The position numbers and the translations under genes are program-made. This document shows positions 33,156 through 43,786 of a stretch of DNA of 64,000 nucleotides, in pieces. The first letter of the stretch is position 1. Each line of letters starts with the position of its first letter. Origin of the DNA: Bacteriovoracaceae bacterium (GTDB taxonomy: Bacteria > Bdellovibrionota > Bacteriovoracia > Bacteriovoracales > Bacteriovoracaceae); NCBI GenBank assembly GCA_041586955.1, contig JBFGZE010000007.1, forward strand, positions 10,341 through 74,340. The letters are read 5' to 3'. The notes under the pieces are model-generated. The model had not been told where the DNA came from. It worked only from the letters and a program-made list of their open reading frames with translations, and searched no databases.

Positions 33156-33245
33156 GTGTGTGTGGGAGTTCTTGAAAAAAGGATTTTTTCTTAACTCCAA
33201 AAATGTCTCTCGTAAAAAGGCCCCGTTTTTAACGGGGCTTTTTTT
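33156..33245 (+). ncRNA. Candidate sigma54-dependent small RNA (~90 nt)
   Basis: Lies between the sigma54 promoter and an intrinsic terminator; hairpin GGAGTT/AACTCC plus GAAAAAA-GGA-TTTTTTC; no SD-supported ORF. Confidence 0.55.
33214..33245. terminator. Bidirectional intrinsic terminator
   Basis: AAAAA..GCCCCGTT-TTT-AACGGGGC-T7. Confidence 0.85.
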
Positions 33246-33312
33246 CGTCTCGGGTTAACGTTATAGCGAGAATTAACTGTCTCATTAAAATGATTAAACC
33301 TTACACCTAGTG

Positions 33313-34017
33313 TTAAATCATTAAGGCCTTATGATGTGCCATAATAAGGTCAATCATTAGATCCATTATTTTACCCCGATAAGCATCAAATTTTTGCGCA
33401 AGTTTCATCTCGGGAGTCGAGGTATTCTTGTAATCATGAACTTCAAGATAAACGGACCCATCTCCCAATACCTCAACTCTAAAGTCGAGATTAAAAATTC
33501 GCGCCTTAAGAACTTTTTGATCGGGATTATAAGAAATAACAGAAGATAAAATGGCCTCCTTATCATCAGTAAGACTTTTTAAAGACTTTGTTAATAATTG
33601 CACACTGAGTTTTAGCCACTCTTCACCTGTAACTTCCTTTTCTTCTACCTTAACTTCGACTCCAGTAGCGGAAGAGTTGATATAAGAAGTCATATGGTCG
33701 AAGGCCATCTGAGTTGAATTATGAATCAGATTAATAATTAATTCCTCAGGGCCTTTTTCTCCCTTCCCAATAATCCCATGTTTTAATGGATAAAGATCAC
33801 CGTTTAGTAATTGTATAAACCCTAATTGCGAGTCAGTTGTTCCGATGGCAATTTGTTTATTTAATGGACTATTAAGGATGGGGCCAAAGTTTATTTGAGC
33901 GATAAAAGCGTAGCGAGAATTGGTTTGAGTATAATGATGAATTTCATCAATCATTTGGTGGTTATTTATTTTATTAAACGCATTATGTAGTAATTTTTTG
34001 AACATTTTTAATCTCAT
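33313..34017 (-). CDS. Hypothetical protein
   Basis: 234-aa ORF, no recognised motif. Confidence 0.65.
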   Translation of the reverse strand: MRLKMFKKLLHNAFNKINNHQMIDEIHHYTQTNSRYAFIAQINFGPILNSPLNKQIAIGTTDSQLGFIQLLNGDLYPLKHGIIGKGEKGPEELIINLIHNSTQMAFDHMTSYINSSATGVEVKVEEKEVTGEEWLKLSVQLLTKSLKSLTDDKEAILSSVISYNPDQKVLKARIFNLDFRVEVLGDGSVYLEVHDYKNTSTPEMKLAQKFDAYRGKIMDLMIDLIMAHHKALMI

Positions 34018-34217
34018 ATCAAGAAGTCGATTTCACCATACTTTTTGGCATAATGCTGGCCATTGATCAAGGCTTCGATGACTTAACAGAAAAGAAAAGC
34101 TTGCGGACCTCGCTATGATGGAGACGAGATTAATGCGGGGTTATGCGAACAGAAATGTTGGCCAGAAAATGGTACAAAATTTCATTTAAAAAGGAGAATA
34201 TGTTTACCACTTTTCTT

Positions 34218-35123
34218 TTAACGCGTTTCTTTCAAAAGAAATGGGTAAATCAGACCCGCTAATAAACGCGCCCCCTTGTTAGAAAGATTGTCGTAGAGAG
34301 GGTTGTATTCATAAAGGCCCAGATAGGAAGGTCGATTTTGGGAGATATTCCAATAATGGTTAAATAGAGCGAATGCCTTTTCTTTACTTATGCCTAGATG
34401 ATTAACTGCACTGACTGCTTCCATAACACTACTATCAAGGCCATCACAATCTAAGGACAGAACGATTTGATCATGATCGTTTATTTGCGGAAAGAGGTCA
34501 ACGACATCCATAGACTCTGTTTTTTGCCAATTGAAGATACGCATGGGGGTAGAGAGCTCGGTAAAAGTACTATCGGTATTGGCGTAGGGATGAATTCCCA
34601 ATTGGGTCAGTTCCATCATACCGGGATGCTCACGGTCAAATTGACGGAAGGGAGTACCAGAGTGGGGAAGTGGGTCTGTGCGGGTGTCCAAATGGGCATC
34701 AATATTCACAACCTTTATCCGGCGTTCGTTTTTGGCAAGGGCCTTAAGTAGTGGGTAAATATGATCATGGCCACCACCTAAATGAATAAATACCGAGGGG
34801 CCTTGCTCGAGCAGAGATTCAATATCCCTTTGCTCTTTTGCTTGCTTAGAGGAGAAGCTTTCCATTGCAGGAGATGAGTGAAGAGTGTGGGCATAGAGGG
34901 GCGGCATCACTGATCGTTTCGATAGGTTTTTAATTTGATTAAAAATCGCCTGAGGCCCAAATTCGCTTCCGCGGCGACCGCCATTGAGCCTAACGCCCTC
35001 ATCGTCGTTCGCGAGGAAAACCATATGGCCATTTTGCTGAGGGGTTTTTGTTAGCAGCGATGAGACTTTGTCGGCGCGACGGCCTTTCAGTTGAGCGCTA
35101 TAGTCAGGTGTTTGGCTTGCCAT
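34218..35123 (-). CDS. hutG: Arginase-family protein, probably formimidoylglutamase
   Basis: DEGVRLNGGR.G, GGGHDH.Y, NIDAHLD.R, HSGTPF, SLDCDGLD, EYNP. Confidence 0.78.
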   Translation of the reverse strand: MASQTPDYSAQLKGRRADKVSSLLTKTPQQNGHMVFLANDDEGVRLNGGRRGSEFGPQAIFNQIKNLSKRSVMPPLYAHTLHSSPAMESFSSKQAKEQRDIESLLEQGPSVFIHLGGGHDHIYPLLKALAKNERRIKVVNIDAHLDTRTDPLPHSGTPFRQFDREHPGMMELTQLGIHPYANTDSTFTELSTPMRIFNWQKTESMDVVDLFPQINDHDQIVLSLDCDGLDSSVMEAVSAVNHLGISKEKAFALFNHYWNISQNRPSYLGLYEYNPLYDNLSNKGARLLAGLIYPFLLKETR

Positions 35124-35239
35124 ATTTTCTTCCAGAAAAATAATGCAACGTATCTTTTAACGAGCATTTTGGTTACAATATTTGGGTATAACCCTAAAAG
35201 GCCAGACCGGATTTGTAAATCCCTGGCGCAGAGAGATTT

Positions 35240-36442
35240 ATGGAAAGTCCTGTAAATAAAAATGACCTGAGTGATGGGCCACCACCGATTCCAAGTATTT
35301 GTTTGCAAGAAGACATGGCACCACCGCCACTCCCGTTTTCTTTAGAAGAGGAAATTCAACCTGAAATAATGTCTCAAGAACGAGTCGCCACAGCGACTCC
35401 TATTGACTCAATTGAGGAAGCTTATGTTAAAGGACCGGAGGAAGGTGAGAAAGATGAAGCTCCTTGGTTCCGTAAAGGTCCCTTTCAATGGTCATGTATT
35501 TTATCTTTCTTTGTGGTGCAATTTGTTTTAGGAGGCTATTTCTTCGGGCAAAGTGACAAATTTCATAATACCCATCGCGTTCACGCCAAGGCGCTTAAAC
35601 GAGTGATGGGCCATAAGGGTTCTCCCAAGTATCGTTTGGTTCCTGATCGCAAGGGCCAGGGGATTTGGCTCGCTTCTAATCAGAAAGGTCCACAATGGAT
35701 TTTGGTAGAATTTGTTGGAACTCCTGGGGATATTATGTCGACCCGGGAAGTGCGAGTGCGTGCCTCTGGCGCCATGAAAGAGGGTCGTCTTTACCTTAAT
35801 AAGTTTGATGTCCTTGCTGGAAACACTTTCGCTCCGGGGGTTTATAAAGTTAAGCTAAAGGCCTACCCCTCGGTAGGTGTTCTGAATAAAAATATTGATT
35901 GGCAAAAACCCAATATTTTAACAACCACCTTTTATTATTACCCTGGTTCGAAAAGGGCACTTAAAAAACGTTTAAAAAAGTTTAAAAACAGGGTCGCGAT
36001 GGAAATGGTTAATCCTTTACGCGATCGTCTTCAAGGTTATAGAACCTATAACGCCCTTTTATTAAAGGTCGAGGGAATGCTAGGACGTTATTTTTCCGGT
36101 CGCAGTCCTAATGTTCGAGGATTTGAAAATGCTTATAATACTGAGGTGGGACCGATTCTGCAGCGCTTGATTTTAGATAATAACCGCCAGCATATTTCAC
36201 TGATGAATTCCAGGCCTGCCGAATCATTGGCCTTTGATAAGTTATTAAGGCATGGTAAGGATATTGGAATGGTTGCTTCAGAGATGGCGAGACTTTTTAA
36301 AACTAAACCCCATCGAAGCCACCAACTATCTTCTCAATTTAAAAAGCGCTTACGCCAATTACAGCAATCTAATATGCTGGAGCTCAAGCAATTGCAGGCC
36401 GAACTCGATTATTTTGGTCCTCTAAAGGGGGAAGGCCTTTAA
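35240..36442 (+). CDS. Hypothetical single-pass membrane protein
   Basis: Pro/acidic N-terminus, one TM helix, basic extracytoplasmic domain. Confidence 0.7.
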   Translation: MESPVNKNDLSDGPPPIPSICLQEDMAPPPLPFSLEEEIQPEIMSQERVATATPIDSIEEAYVKGPEEGEKDEAPWFRKGPFQWSCILSFFVVQFVLGGYFFGQSDKFHNTHRVHAKALKRVMGHKGSPKYRLVPDRKGQGIWLASNQKGPQWILVEFVGTPGDIMSTREVRVRASGAMKEGRLYLNKFDVLAGNTFAPGVYKVKLKAYPSVGVLNKNIDWQKPNILTTTFYYYPGSKRALKKRLKKFKNRVAMEMVNPLRDRLQGYRTYNALLLKVEGMLGRYFSGRSPNVRGFENAYNTEVGPILQRLILDNNRQHISLMNSRPAESLAFDKLLRHGKDIGMVASEMARLFKTKPHRSHQLSSQFKKRLRQLQQSNMLELKQLQAELDYFGPLKGEGL

Positions 36443-37312
36443 GCTCCGTGGTGCAGGGCGAGCAAAGCGCTCGCCAAAGCTATATTGCTTTTTATCGTTG
36501 ATAATCACGGTCGCCGCATAATAGAGAGGATCATGTTCAAAAATGATCTTCAGGCCTTTATCGATAATAAAATCTAAAAATTCTTTTTTATTTCTGGTGG
36601 TTTCGCCTGGGGCAATATCGTAACCCATGACCCAGGGAATAGAGATATGATTAGAAGTCGGAATAAGATCGGCCAAGTAAATATATTCATTATCGTAGGG
36701 ATGCATCAGAAATGGGGTATGGCCATGAGAGCATTTAAAACGCAAGCTTTGCTCCTCATTTAAGTTCATTAATTCACCCTCCTCACCTTGGTGCATCCTT
36801 AATAGACCTTGGTTCCGGTAGAAGGCAATGATAGGTTCAAAATTGCTCTTGTGGAAAGATCCTGAGTCGCGGTCTGTCGGGTTAAGGGCATATTGATAAT
36901 GATCTTGGTGGAGGTGGCACCTGGCCTTTGGTAAAACTGGAACCATTTCTCCAGAGACCATTTTGCCGATGCCGCCCACATGGTCAAAATGCAAATGACT
37001 GATCACCAAGTCGGTTACCTCATCGCTCTTATGGCCTGCCTCTTCTAACGCCTTTTCAAGAGGTGAGTCGCCACCTTCAACAGCAAAACGTTGGTCAAAT
37101 TTATCGCCATGATAATCGCCAATTCCTGTGTCGACTAAAATAAGACGGTCTTTGGTTTGTAATAAATAGAGCCTAAGTGATAAATCAATTCTGTTGAGCT
37201 CATCGGCCGGAGCGACCTTATTCCACAAGGGTTTGGGGATAATGCCGAACATTGCTCCACCGTCAAGCCTGAAAAATCCGGGTTCCAAAATATATTTTTT
37301 AATGTCTTGCAT
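36422..37312 (-). CDS. MBL-fold metallo-hydrolase (YtnP-like)
   Basis: LDGGAMFG..PK..W, DTGIG, SHLHFDHVGG, GHT, ADL, WVMGYD, FEHDP. Confidence 0.9.
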   Translation of the reverse strand: MQDIKKYILEPGFFRLDGGAMFGIIPKPLWNKVAPADELNRIDLSLRLYLLQTKDRLILVDTGIGDYHGDKFDQRFAVEGGDSPLEKALEEAGHKSDEVTDLVISHLHFDHVGGIGKMVSGEMVPVLPKARCHLHQDHYQYALNPTDRDSGSFHKSNFEPIIAFYRNQGLLRMHQGEEGELMNLNEEQSLRFKCSHGHTPFLMHPYDNEYIYLADLIPTSNHISIPWVMGYDIAPGETTRNKKEFLDFIIDKGLKIIFEHDPLYYAATVIINDKKQYSFGERFARPAPRSLKAFPL

Positions 37313-37466
37313 TACCTTATCCCCTGCTAACAATGCGGTTTTCGGTGATTATCCTCCAGATGAGCAAAAAAAATCAAGTACTTTTGGGGCGATGCTCCTA
37401 GTAGGATAGTCGGACTATGATTATTATGGGGTTCAATTCAGATAACGTGGATTTTTAGGAGCTTGT

Positions 37467-38642
37467 ATGAATGTACATGAGTACCAGGCCAAAGACTTGA
37501 TGAAAAATTTTGGGATATCAGTCTTAGGTGGCCAGGTCGCAAAGAGTGTTGATGAGGCAGTTGCTGCTGCCGAAAAATTAGGTGGTAATATTTGGGTTGT
37601 AAAAGCTCAGATCCATGCCGGTGGTCGTGGTAAAGCTGGTGGTGTTAAGTTAGCGAAGTCCCTTGATGAAGTGCGCGCACACGCCACTGAAATTCTTGGT
37701 AAGACGTTAGTGACCCATCAAACTGGACCTGAAGGAAAAGTTGTCCATACTTTGTTCATCGAGCAAGGTTGTGACATTGATCATGAGTACTATGTTGGAC
37801 TCGTCTTAGATCGTAACAAGGGAAAAATAACTTTCATGGCAAGTTCTGAGGGTGGCGTTGAGATCGAAAAGGTTGCAGCGGAAACTCCAGAAAAAATTGT
37901 TAAAGTTTCTGTAGACCCTGCGACAGGCTTTACTCCCTTTATTGGAAGAAAATTGGCCTATGGTATTGGCCTTAAAGATAAAGAAATGGTGAAGAAGGCG
38001 ACAAAGTTTTTCGCCGGTCTTTATAAACTCTATATTGAAACAGATTGCACCATTGCTGAAATCAATCCTTTAGTGACGACGAAAAATGGCGATGTCATTG
38101 CTCTCGACGCTAAATTGAATTTTGATGATAATGCGCTTTTCCGTCATAAAGACATCGAAGAGTTAAGAGACCCAACAGAAGAATCTGAAAAAGAACTAGA
38201 AGCTTCTGCTCATGGCCTCTCCTATATTTCCCTCGATGGTAATATTGGTTGCCTTGTTAATGGCGCTGGCCTTGCTATGGGGACGATGGATATTATTCAA
38301 TTAGAAGGTGGAGAGCCGGCCAACTTCCTCGATGTAGGGGGCGGGGCGACTAAAGAAACCGTTGAGAAGGCGTTTAGCATTATTCTCTCTGATGAGAAGG
38401 TGAAGGCGATTCTTGTTAATATTTTCGGTGGCATTATGAAATGTGACATTATCGCTGAAGGTGTAGTCGCAGCTGCTAAGAGTCTGGGAGTGACTGTTCC
38501 TCTTGTTGTCCGTTTAGAAGGAACTAATGTCGCCGTTGGGAAGAAAATTCTTAACGACTCAGATTTACAAATTATTGCAGCTGATGATCTTGCGGATGCC
38601 GCTAAGAAAGTTGTTGCTGCTGCGAATGGAGGAAATGCATAA
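37467..38642 (+). CDS. sucC: Succinyl-CoA synthetase beta subunit
   Basis: [43 protein letters not shown]. Confidence 0.97.
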   Translation: MNVHEYQAKDLMKNFGISVLGGQVAKSVDEAVAAAEKLGGNIWVVKAQIHAGGRGKAGGVKLAKSLDEVRAHATEILGKTLVTHQTGPEGKVVHTLFIEQGCDIDHEYYVGLVLDRNKGKITFMASSEGGVEIEKVAAETPEKIVKVSVDPATGFTPFIGRKLAYGIGLKDKEMVKKATKFFAGLYKLYIETDCTIAEINPLVTTKNGDVIALDAKLNFDDNALFRHKDIEELRDPTEESEKELEASAHGLSYISLDGNIGCLVNGAGLAMGTMDIIQLEGGEPANFLDVGGGATKETVEKAFSIILSDEKVKAILVNIFGGIMKCDIIAEGVVAAAKSLGVTVPLVVRLEGTNVAVGKKILNDSDLQIIAADDLADAAKKVVAAANGGNA

Positions 38643-39520
38643 TGGCCATTCTAGTAGGAAGAGATACAAAATTAATAACCGTTGGTTTTACCGGGAAGCA
38701 GGGGACATTTCATTCACTGCAATCTCGAGATTATGGAACCAACCTCGTTGGGGGTGTGACTCCTGGTAAAGGTGGAACAATCCACGAAGGCTTTCCTGTT
38801 TTTAATACTGTTAGTGAAGCAGTGGAGAAGACAGAGGCCAATGCTGCTATGATTATGGTTCCGCCACCATTTGCTGCGGACTCAATTCTTGAATGTATTG
38901 ATGCCGAGATTCCTCTGGTGATTGCTATCACTGAGGGGATTCCCATTATTGATATGACTAAAGTTAAAGCTGCTTTAAAAGATTCTAAAACGCGTCTTAT
39001 TGGTCCTAATTGCCCTGGAATTATTACTCCGGGCGAATGTAAAATTGGGATTATGCCTGGCCATATTCATATGCCTGGTAAAGTAGGTGTTATTTCTCGT
39101 TCGGGAACCTTGACTTATGAAGCGGTTTACCAATTAACTCAAAGAGAAATTGGTCAATCAACGTGTATTGGTATCGGTGGCGACCCGGTTAATGGCACAA
39201 ACTTCATCGATATGCTTGAATTATTCGAGGAAGATCCTGATACAGAGGCCGTCATTATGATTGGTGAAATCGGTGGTTCTGCTGAAACTGATGCTGGCCG
39301 TTGGATTCAAAAGAATATGACTAAGCCTGTCGTCAGCTTTATTGCTGGTGCTTCAGCGCCTCCCGGTAAAAGAATGGGACATGCTGGTGCCATCATCTCC
39401 GGCGGTGACGATACGGCAGAAGCTAAGTTTAAGATTCTTGAAGAATGTGGCGTTGCTATCGCTCGTTCTCCAGCTGAGCTTGGACAAACCATGGAAAATA
39501 TCTTAAAAAATAAAAAATAA
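38642..39520 (+). CDS. sucD: Succinyl-CoA synthetase alpha subunit
   Basis: [24 protein letters not shown]. Confidence 0.97.
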   Translation: MAILVGRDTKLITVGFTGKQGTFHSLQSRDYGTNLVGGVTPGKGGTIHEGFPVFNTVSEAVEKTEANAAMIMVPPPFAADSILECIDAEIPLVIAITEGIPIIDMTKVKAALKDSKTRLIGPNCPGIITPGECKIGIMPGHIHMPGKVGVISRSGTLTYEAVYQLTQREIGQSTCIGIGGDPVNGTNFIDMLELFEEDPDTEAVIMIGEIGGSAETDAGRWIQKNMTKPVVSFIAGASAPPGKRMGHAGAIISGGDDTAEAKFKILEECGVAIARSPAELGQTMENILKNKK

Positions 39521-39543
39521 TTGCTAACGTAAGAGGAGCAACA

Positions 39544-39972
39544 ATGTCGACTGAAAGAACATTAAGTATTATTAAACCTAATTCAACTCTTGATAATAAT
39601 ATTGGTAATATTATTGCGCGCTTTGAAAAAGAAGGCCTACGTATTGCCGCTTGTAAGTTAACTCAACTTTCAAAAGAAAAAGCTGAAGGCTTTTATATTG
39701 AGCATAAAGAGAGACCATTTTTTGGTGAACTCGTTAACTTCATGACTTCTGCACCAGTGATGATCATGGTTTTAGAAGGTGAAGGTGCCGTTGATCGCAA
39801 TAGAGAAATTATGGGTGCGACTAATCCTGCTGACGCTGCTGAAGGTACAATCCGTAAGCTTTATGCAAAATCAGTTGGAGAGAATTCAGTTCATGGTTCT
39901 GATTCTCAAGCTTCTGCTGAAAGAGAAATTAATTATTTCTTCGATAGCAATGAAGTTCACGGCCGTTTCTAA
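39544..39972 (+). CDS. ndk: Nucleoside diphosphate kinase
   Basis: [26 protein letters not shown]. Confidence 0.97.
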   Translation: MSTERTLSIIKPNSTLDNNIGNIIARFEKEGLRIAACKLTQLSKEKAEGFYIEHKERPFFGELVNFMTSAPVMIMVLEGEGAVDRNREIMGATNPADAAEGTIRKLYAKSVGENSVHGSDSQASAEREINYFFDSNEVHGRF

Positions 39973-39998
39973 GTTGTCGTAACGAAAATTCAAAGAAT

Positions 39999-40028
39999 GA
40001 ATGGCCAGCTTTTGTTGGCCATTCTTTT
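39999..40028 (+). terminator. Rho-independent terminator after sucCD-ndk
   Basis: GAATGGCCAGC-TTTT-GTTGGCCATTC followed by TTTT. Confidence 0.75.
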
Positions 40029-40220
40029 AACCAATTGCACCTTTAGGTGCTAATGCAAAGCTCCGCTCTTCTAAGTCTTTGAATTAGCGTGTACAAAGGC
40101 CCTTACACAATATAAAGTAGTCCTGGTAGGTTTGCCTATCATTTTTACAATGTATATGGCGCGTCATTGATATATCCGTTATCTTAAGAAAGGTAACTTG
40201 TTAAGACTTGGAGGCTTTCC

Positions 40221-40694
40221 ATGTTTAAAATTGGGGAATATGCAGTATGTCCTGGACACGGTGTCGGTCAGATTTGCGATATCGAAGAGCGGGATCTTGG
40301 TGGTGAAACTAAGAATTATTATATTATTAAAATTATTGCGAATGGCATGACCGTTATGGTTCCAACAGATAGTCAAACAGGGATTCGCGGTCTCGTAGAT
40401 GATAAAGAGGTAGAAGAAGTCTATGGACTTCTCTCTGATCATGATATTCAGGTCGATAACTCGACTTGGAATAGACGTTATCGTGAGTATATGATTAAAA
40501 TTAAAACTGGATCTTTAACCGAGATTGCAGAAGTTTTAAGAGATCTATTTTTATTAAAAAGTCGCAAAAATCTTAGCTTCGGCGAAAAAAAGATGCTTGA
40601 GCAGTGTCGTGAATTAATTGCTCAAGAAATTTCTATTTCTGGAGGGGATGAGACCACTTCCATCAAAACAAAAATCGATTCCTGTTTTCAATAA
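40221..40694 (+). CDS. carD: CarD/CdnL family RNA polymerase-binding regulator
   Basis: FKIGE..V.PGHGVG, VP, TWNRRYRE, LSFGEKKML. Confidence 0.92.
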   Translation: MFKIGEYAVCPGHGVGQICDIEERDLGGETKNYYIIKIIANGMTVMVPTDSQTGIRGLVDDKEVEEVYGLLSDHDIQVDNSTWNRRYREYMIKIKTGSLTEIAEVLRDLFLLKSRKNLSFGEKKMLEQCRELIAQEISISGGDETTSIKTKIDSCFQ

Positions 40695-40742
40695 TATTTG
40701 CTAAAGCTTTTCTCTCTCGCTTATGATTGGAGAGAGAGGCCT

Positions 40743-42740
40743 ATGATTCATTCATTTCAATTAAAAAGTCCATTTAAGGCCACCGGCGATCAACCTCAAG
40801 CGATTAAGCAATTAGTCGAAGGCTTTAAAGCGGGGAAAAACAAACAAACCCTTTTGGGGGTGACGGGCTCTGGTAAAACCTTTACCATGGCGCATGTCCT
40901 CCAGCAATTAGGGAAAAAAACTTTGGTTTTGGCCCCCAATAAAACTTTAGCTGCCCAACTTTATTCAGAATTTAAAGAATTATTCCCAGACAACGCGGTT
41001 GAGTATTTTGTCTCTTATTATGATTATTACCAGCCTGAGGCCTATGTTGTAGGTACTGATACCTATATTGAAAAAGATGCCTCTGTTAATGACGAAATTG
41101 ATAAACTTCGGCACGCAGCGACTCGCAGTCTTCTGGAAAGAGATGATGTCATTGTTATTGCCTCGGTTAGTTGTATTTATGGGATCGGCTCGCCTGATGA
41201 ATACGCCTCGCAAAAAATGACCCTTTTTGTTGATGATGAATGGGAGAGGGATGCCTTTCTCAAGCAATTAGTGGCAATTCAGTATGACCGCAATGATATC
41301 GATTTTTCCCGTGGCACTTTTCGAGTACGAGGCGATTTAGTCGAAATTTTTCCGGCCCATGAGGATAGCAATGTCATTCGTGTAGAGTTTTTTGATGAAA
41401 CGATTGAAGCGATTTCGCTAGTCGATCCTCTGCGTGGTAAAGTTCTTCAGGAATTAAAAAAGGTCGCGATCTATCCTAAAAGCCATTATGTGGTAAGTGC
41501 CAAGCGCATGGAAAAAGCGATCGAGGAAATTAAAGTTGAACTACGCGAGCGGCTCCAAGCACTTAAGGCCAATAAAAAACTAGTTGAATACCAACGGCTT
41601 GAACAGCGTACTCTGTTAGATTTAGAGATGATGGAGGAGATGGGATTTTGTTCAGGTATTGAAAATTATTCCCGCCATCTTACGGGCATGAAGGCAGGGG
41701 AGCCTCCTCCAACCCTCATTGATTTTTTCTTTAAAGACTTTCTTTTAATTATTGATGAGTCTCATATTGCTGTTTCCCAGGTGGGGGGGATGTATAAGGG
41801 GGATCGATCACGTAAGGAAAACTTGGTAGAGTACGGTTTTCGGCTACCAAGTGCCTTGGATAATCGCCCTTTAAAATTTGATGAGTTTGAAAAAAAAATA
41901 GATCAAGTTCTCTATGTTTCTGCGACTCCTGGTAATTATGAGTTAGAGCAATGCCAGGGTGAATTTACAGAGCAAATTATTCGTCCCACAGGATTATTGG
42001 ATCCGATGGTTGAAGTTCGAAATGCTGAATTTCAAGTTGATGATATGCTGGTTGAAGTGAAGGACGTGGTGGCCAAAGGTCAACGGGTTTTGATTACCAC
42101 CTTAACTAAAAAATTAGCTGAGGAATTAACGAGTTATTATCAATCTGTTGGCATAAAAGTGAAGTATCTTCACTCTGATATTAATACTCTCGAGCGGATG
42201 GAGATCCTACGCGATTTGCGCTTAGGAGAGTTTGATGTGTTGGTGGGGATTAATCTTTTACGAGAGGGTTTAGATATCCCAGAAGTTTCTCTCGTGGGTA
42301 TTTTGGACGCTGATAAAGAGGGCTTTTTGCGTTCGGAGCGCTCTCTTGTGCAAACTATCGGACGGGCGGCCAGGAACGCAGAGGGGAGAGTCATTCTTTA
42401 TGCCTACAAAACAACCAAAAGTATGGAAAGGGCGATTGGGGAAACTAATCGCCGACGAGAAATTCAAAAGGCCTATAATAAGGCCCATGGCATTACCCCG
42501 CAAACCATTCTGAAAAAGGTTACTGGTGGGATTATTGATACCCTCCGGGGGCCTAAAAAGGCTTCCAAGGGCAAGAAGATCGAAAAATGGGATCATCTGA
42601 CGATTGAGGAGATCGATTTAAAAATTAATGAGTTAAAATTAGAAATGAAAGAACATGCCCGACGTTTACGTTTTGAAGAGGCCGCCCATTTACGAGACGA
42701 GATTAAAAAGCTGACAGAGTTGAAATTAATGTCTTTATAA
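40743..42740 (+). CDS. uvrB: Excinuclease ABC subunit B
   Basis: [55 protein letters not shown]-terminal FEEAA..RD. Confidence 0.97.
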   Translation: MIHSFQLKSPFKATGDQPQAIKQLVEGFKAGKNKQTLLGVTGSGKTFTMAHVLQQLGKKTLVLAPNKTLAAQLYSEFKELFPDNAVEYFVSYYDYYQPEAYVVGTDTYIEKDASVNDEIDKLRHAATRSLLERDDVIVIASVSCIYGIGSPDEYASQKMTLFVDDEWERDAFLKQLVAIQYDRNDIDFSRGTFRVRGDLVEIFPAHEDSNVIRVEFFDETIEAISLVDPLRGKVLQELKKVAIYPKSHYVVSAKRMEKAIEEIKVELRERLQALKANKKLVEYQRLEQRTLLDLEMMEEMGFCSGIENYSRHLTGMKAGEPPPTLIDFFFKDFLLIIDESHIAVSQVGGMYKGDRSRKENLVEYGFRLPSALDNRPLKFDEFEKKIDQVLYVSATPGNYELEQCQGEFTEQIIRPTGLLDPMVEVRNAEFQVDDMLVEVKDVVAKGQRVLITTLTKKLAEELTSYYQSVGIKVKYLHSDINTLERMEILRDLRLGEFDVLVGINLLREGLDIPEVSLVGILDADKEGFLRSERSLVQTIGRAARNAEGRVILYAYKTTKSMERAIGETNRRREIQKAYNKAHGITPQTILKKVTGGIIDTLRGPKKASKGKKIEKWDHLTIEEIDLKINELKLEMKEHARRLRFEEAAHLRDEIKKLTELKLMSL

Positions 42741-42744
42741 TCCT

Positions 42745-43290
42745 CTACATTTCAATCGATTTAGTTTTAATATAATGAGCGATTTCCTTAATTCTCAGTT
42801 GCGCCTCACGACTTTCCTGATGGTCTAAAAGAACATCAAGTAATTCATTCTCTAGACCTAGTTGACAGGCGAATAAGTCCGCTTCAAATTGCGCCTCTAG
42901 CGGGGTGATATCCCGCTTGGAGTGATTATGATAGAGATGGCCTAGCTCATGAGCTAAAATTGCCGCTCCGTACATTGGGGCGGCCGAGCGAAGGGATTGA
43001 ATAAGGTCAGGGAAGACTAAGATGACATGATACTCATTCATCGAGCCTAGCGCACAGCTCAATTGACCATTGGCCTTAATAAACGCAATATTTTTATCCA
43101 TCTTGGAAAAGGCCTTAAGAATATGAATAGGCATCGATTCAAATAAAAAAGAGATAATTTTTTGGTAACGGGGCATATTGAGGATCCAATCGTGATGAGG
43201 ATTGGTCAGGATTCGCTCGAGGTAGCTTTCAATAAGAGGGGAAGTCTCTTTATTTGTGATGGGAAGCATTTTTTTTAATTTGTGAAACAT
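42745..43290 (-). CDS. Small zincin metallopeptidase (M48/ImmA-IrrE-like)
   Basis: LAHELGH...EAQFEADLFA; SD GGAGG before ATG 43290; no signal peptide. Confidence 0.7.
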   Translation of the reverse strand: MFHKLKKMLPITNKETSPLIESYLERILTNPHHDWILNMPRYQKIISFLFESMPIHILKAFSKMDKNIAFIKANGQLSCALGSMNEYHVILVFPDLIQSLRSAAPMYGAAILAHELGHLYHNHSKRDITPLEAQFEADLFACQLGLENELLDVLLDHQESREAQLRIKEIAHYIKTKSIEM

Positions 43291-43308
43291 AGGTTCCTCC
43301 AATTAGGA

Positions 43309-43335
43309 CTATCGGATAAAAAGTATCGGGAATTA
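43309..43335 (-). promoter_or_regulatory. Sigma28-type promoter
   Basis: Minus strand TAAT-N15-TCCGATAG. Confidence 0.5.
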
Positions 43336-43411
43336 GTTTTTTCTTCAGATTGGTGCGAGGTGGCATAATTTTCCTGGAAAATCATCCACTCAAGAATGTT
43401 AAAATAAAAAT

Positions 43412-43786
43412 GTGAAATACTTTTTATTGGGTTTATTCTTTTCGTTTCATTTGAATCTCGTGGCAAAGGCCTACGAGAAGGCCGATACGTTTATCGTGAA
43501 AATCCATAACGATCGTGTTCGGGTGGTCTCACCAACAGGTTACGACCCTAAAATGGCGATTATCATCCAAAATAAAACACTCACACCAATAATCGGTAAA
43601 ATTGTTAAAAACCAGGGAGAGATTCTCCATTTTTTGAAAATTGGCCCTTCTAAAAGTCGAAGTTATCCTTTAACTATTAATAAAGGGGATCGTGCTTATT
43701 TTATTCCCCAGTCTCCACCATTTCAAAAGATTGAATTGGTATTAGGTCGGAAGGTATATGAGATTCCTCCAAAAGAAACAAAGTAA
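43412..43786 (+). CDS. Secreted hypothetical protein
   Basis: GTG start, signal peptide, beta-rich; overlaps the next gene. Confidence 0.7.
   Translation: MKYFLLGLFFSFHLNLVAKAYEKADTFIVKIHNDRVRVVSPTGYDPKMAIIIQNKTLTPIIGKIVKNQGEILHFLKIGPSKSRSYPLTINKGDRAYFIPQSPPFQKIELVLGRKVYEIPPKETK

Noticed and set aside
33203..33258. 18-codon ORF (MSLVKRPRF...) downstream of the sigma54 promoter
   Set aside because: No SD, and it runs through the terminator hairpin; the RNA interpretation is preferred
34018..34217. Coding-like intergenic stretch with a TGGCATAATGCTGGC sigma54-like string
   Set aside because: No convincing ORF, and the -12 element is not TTGC
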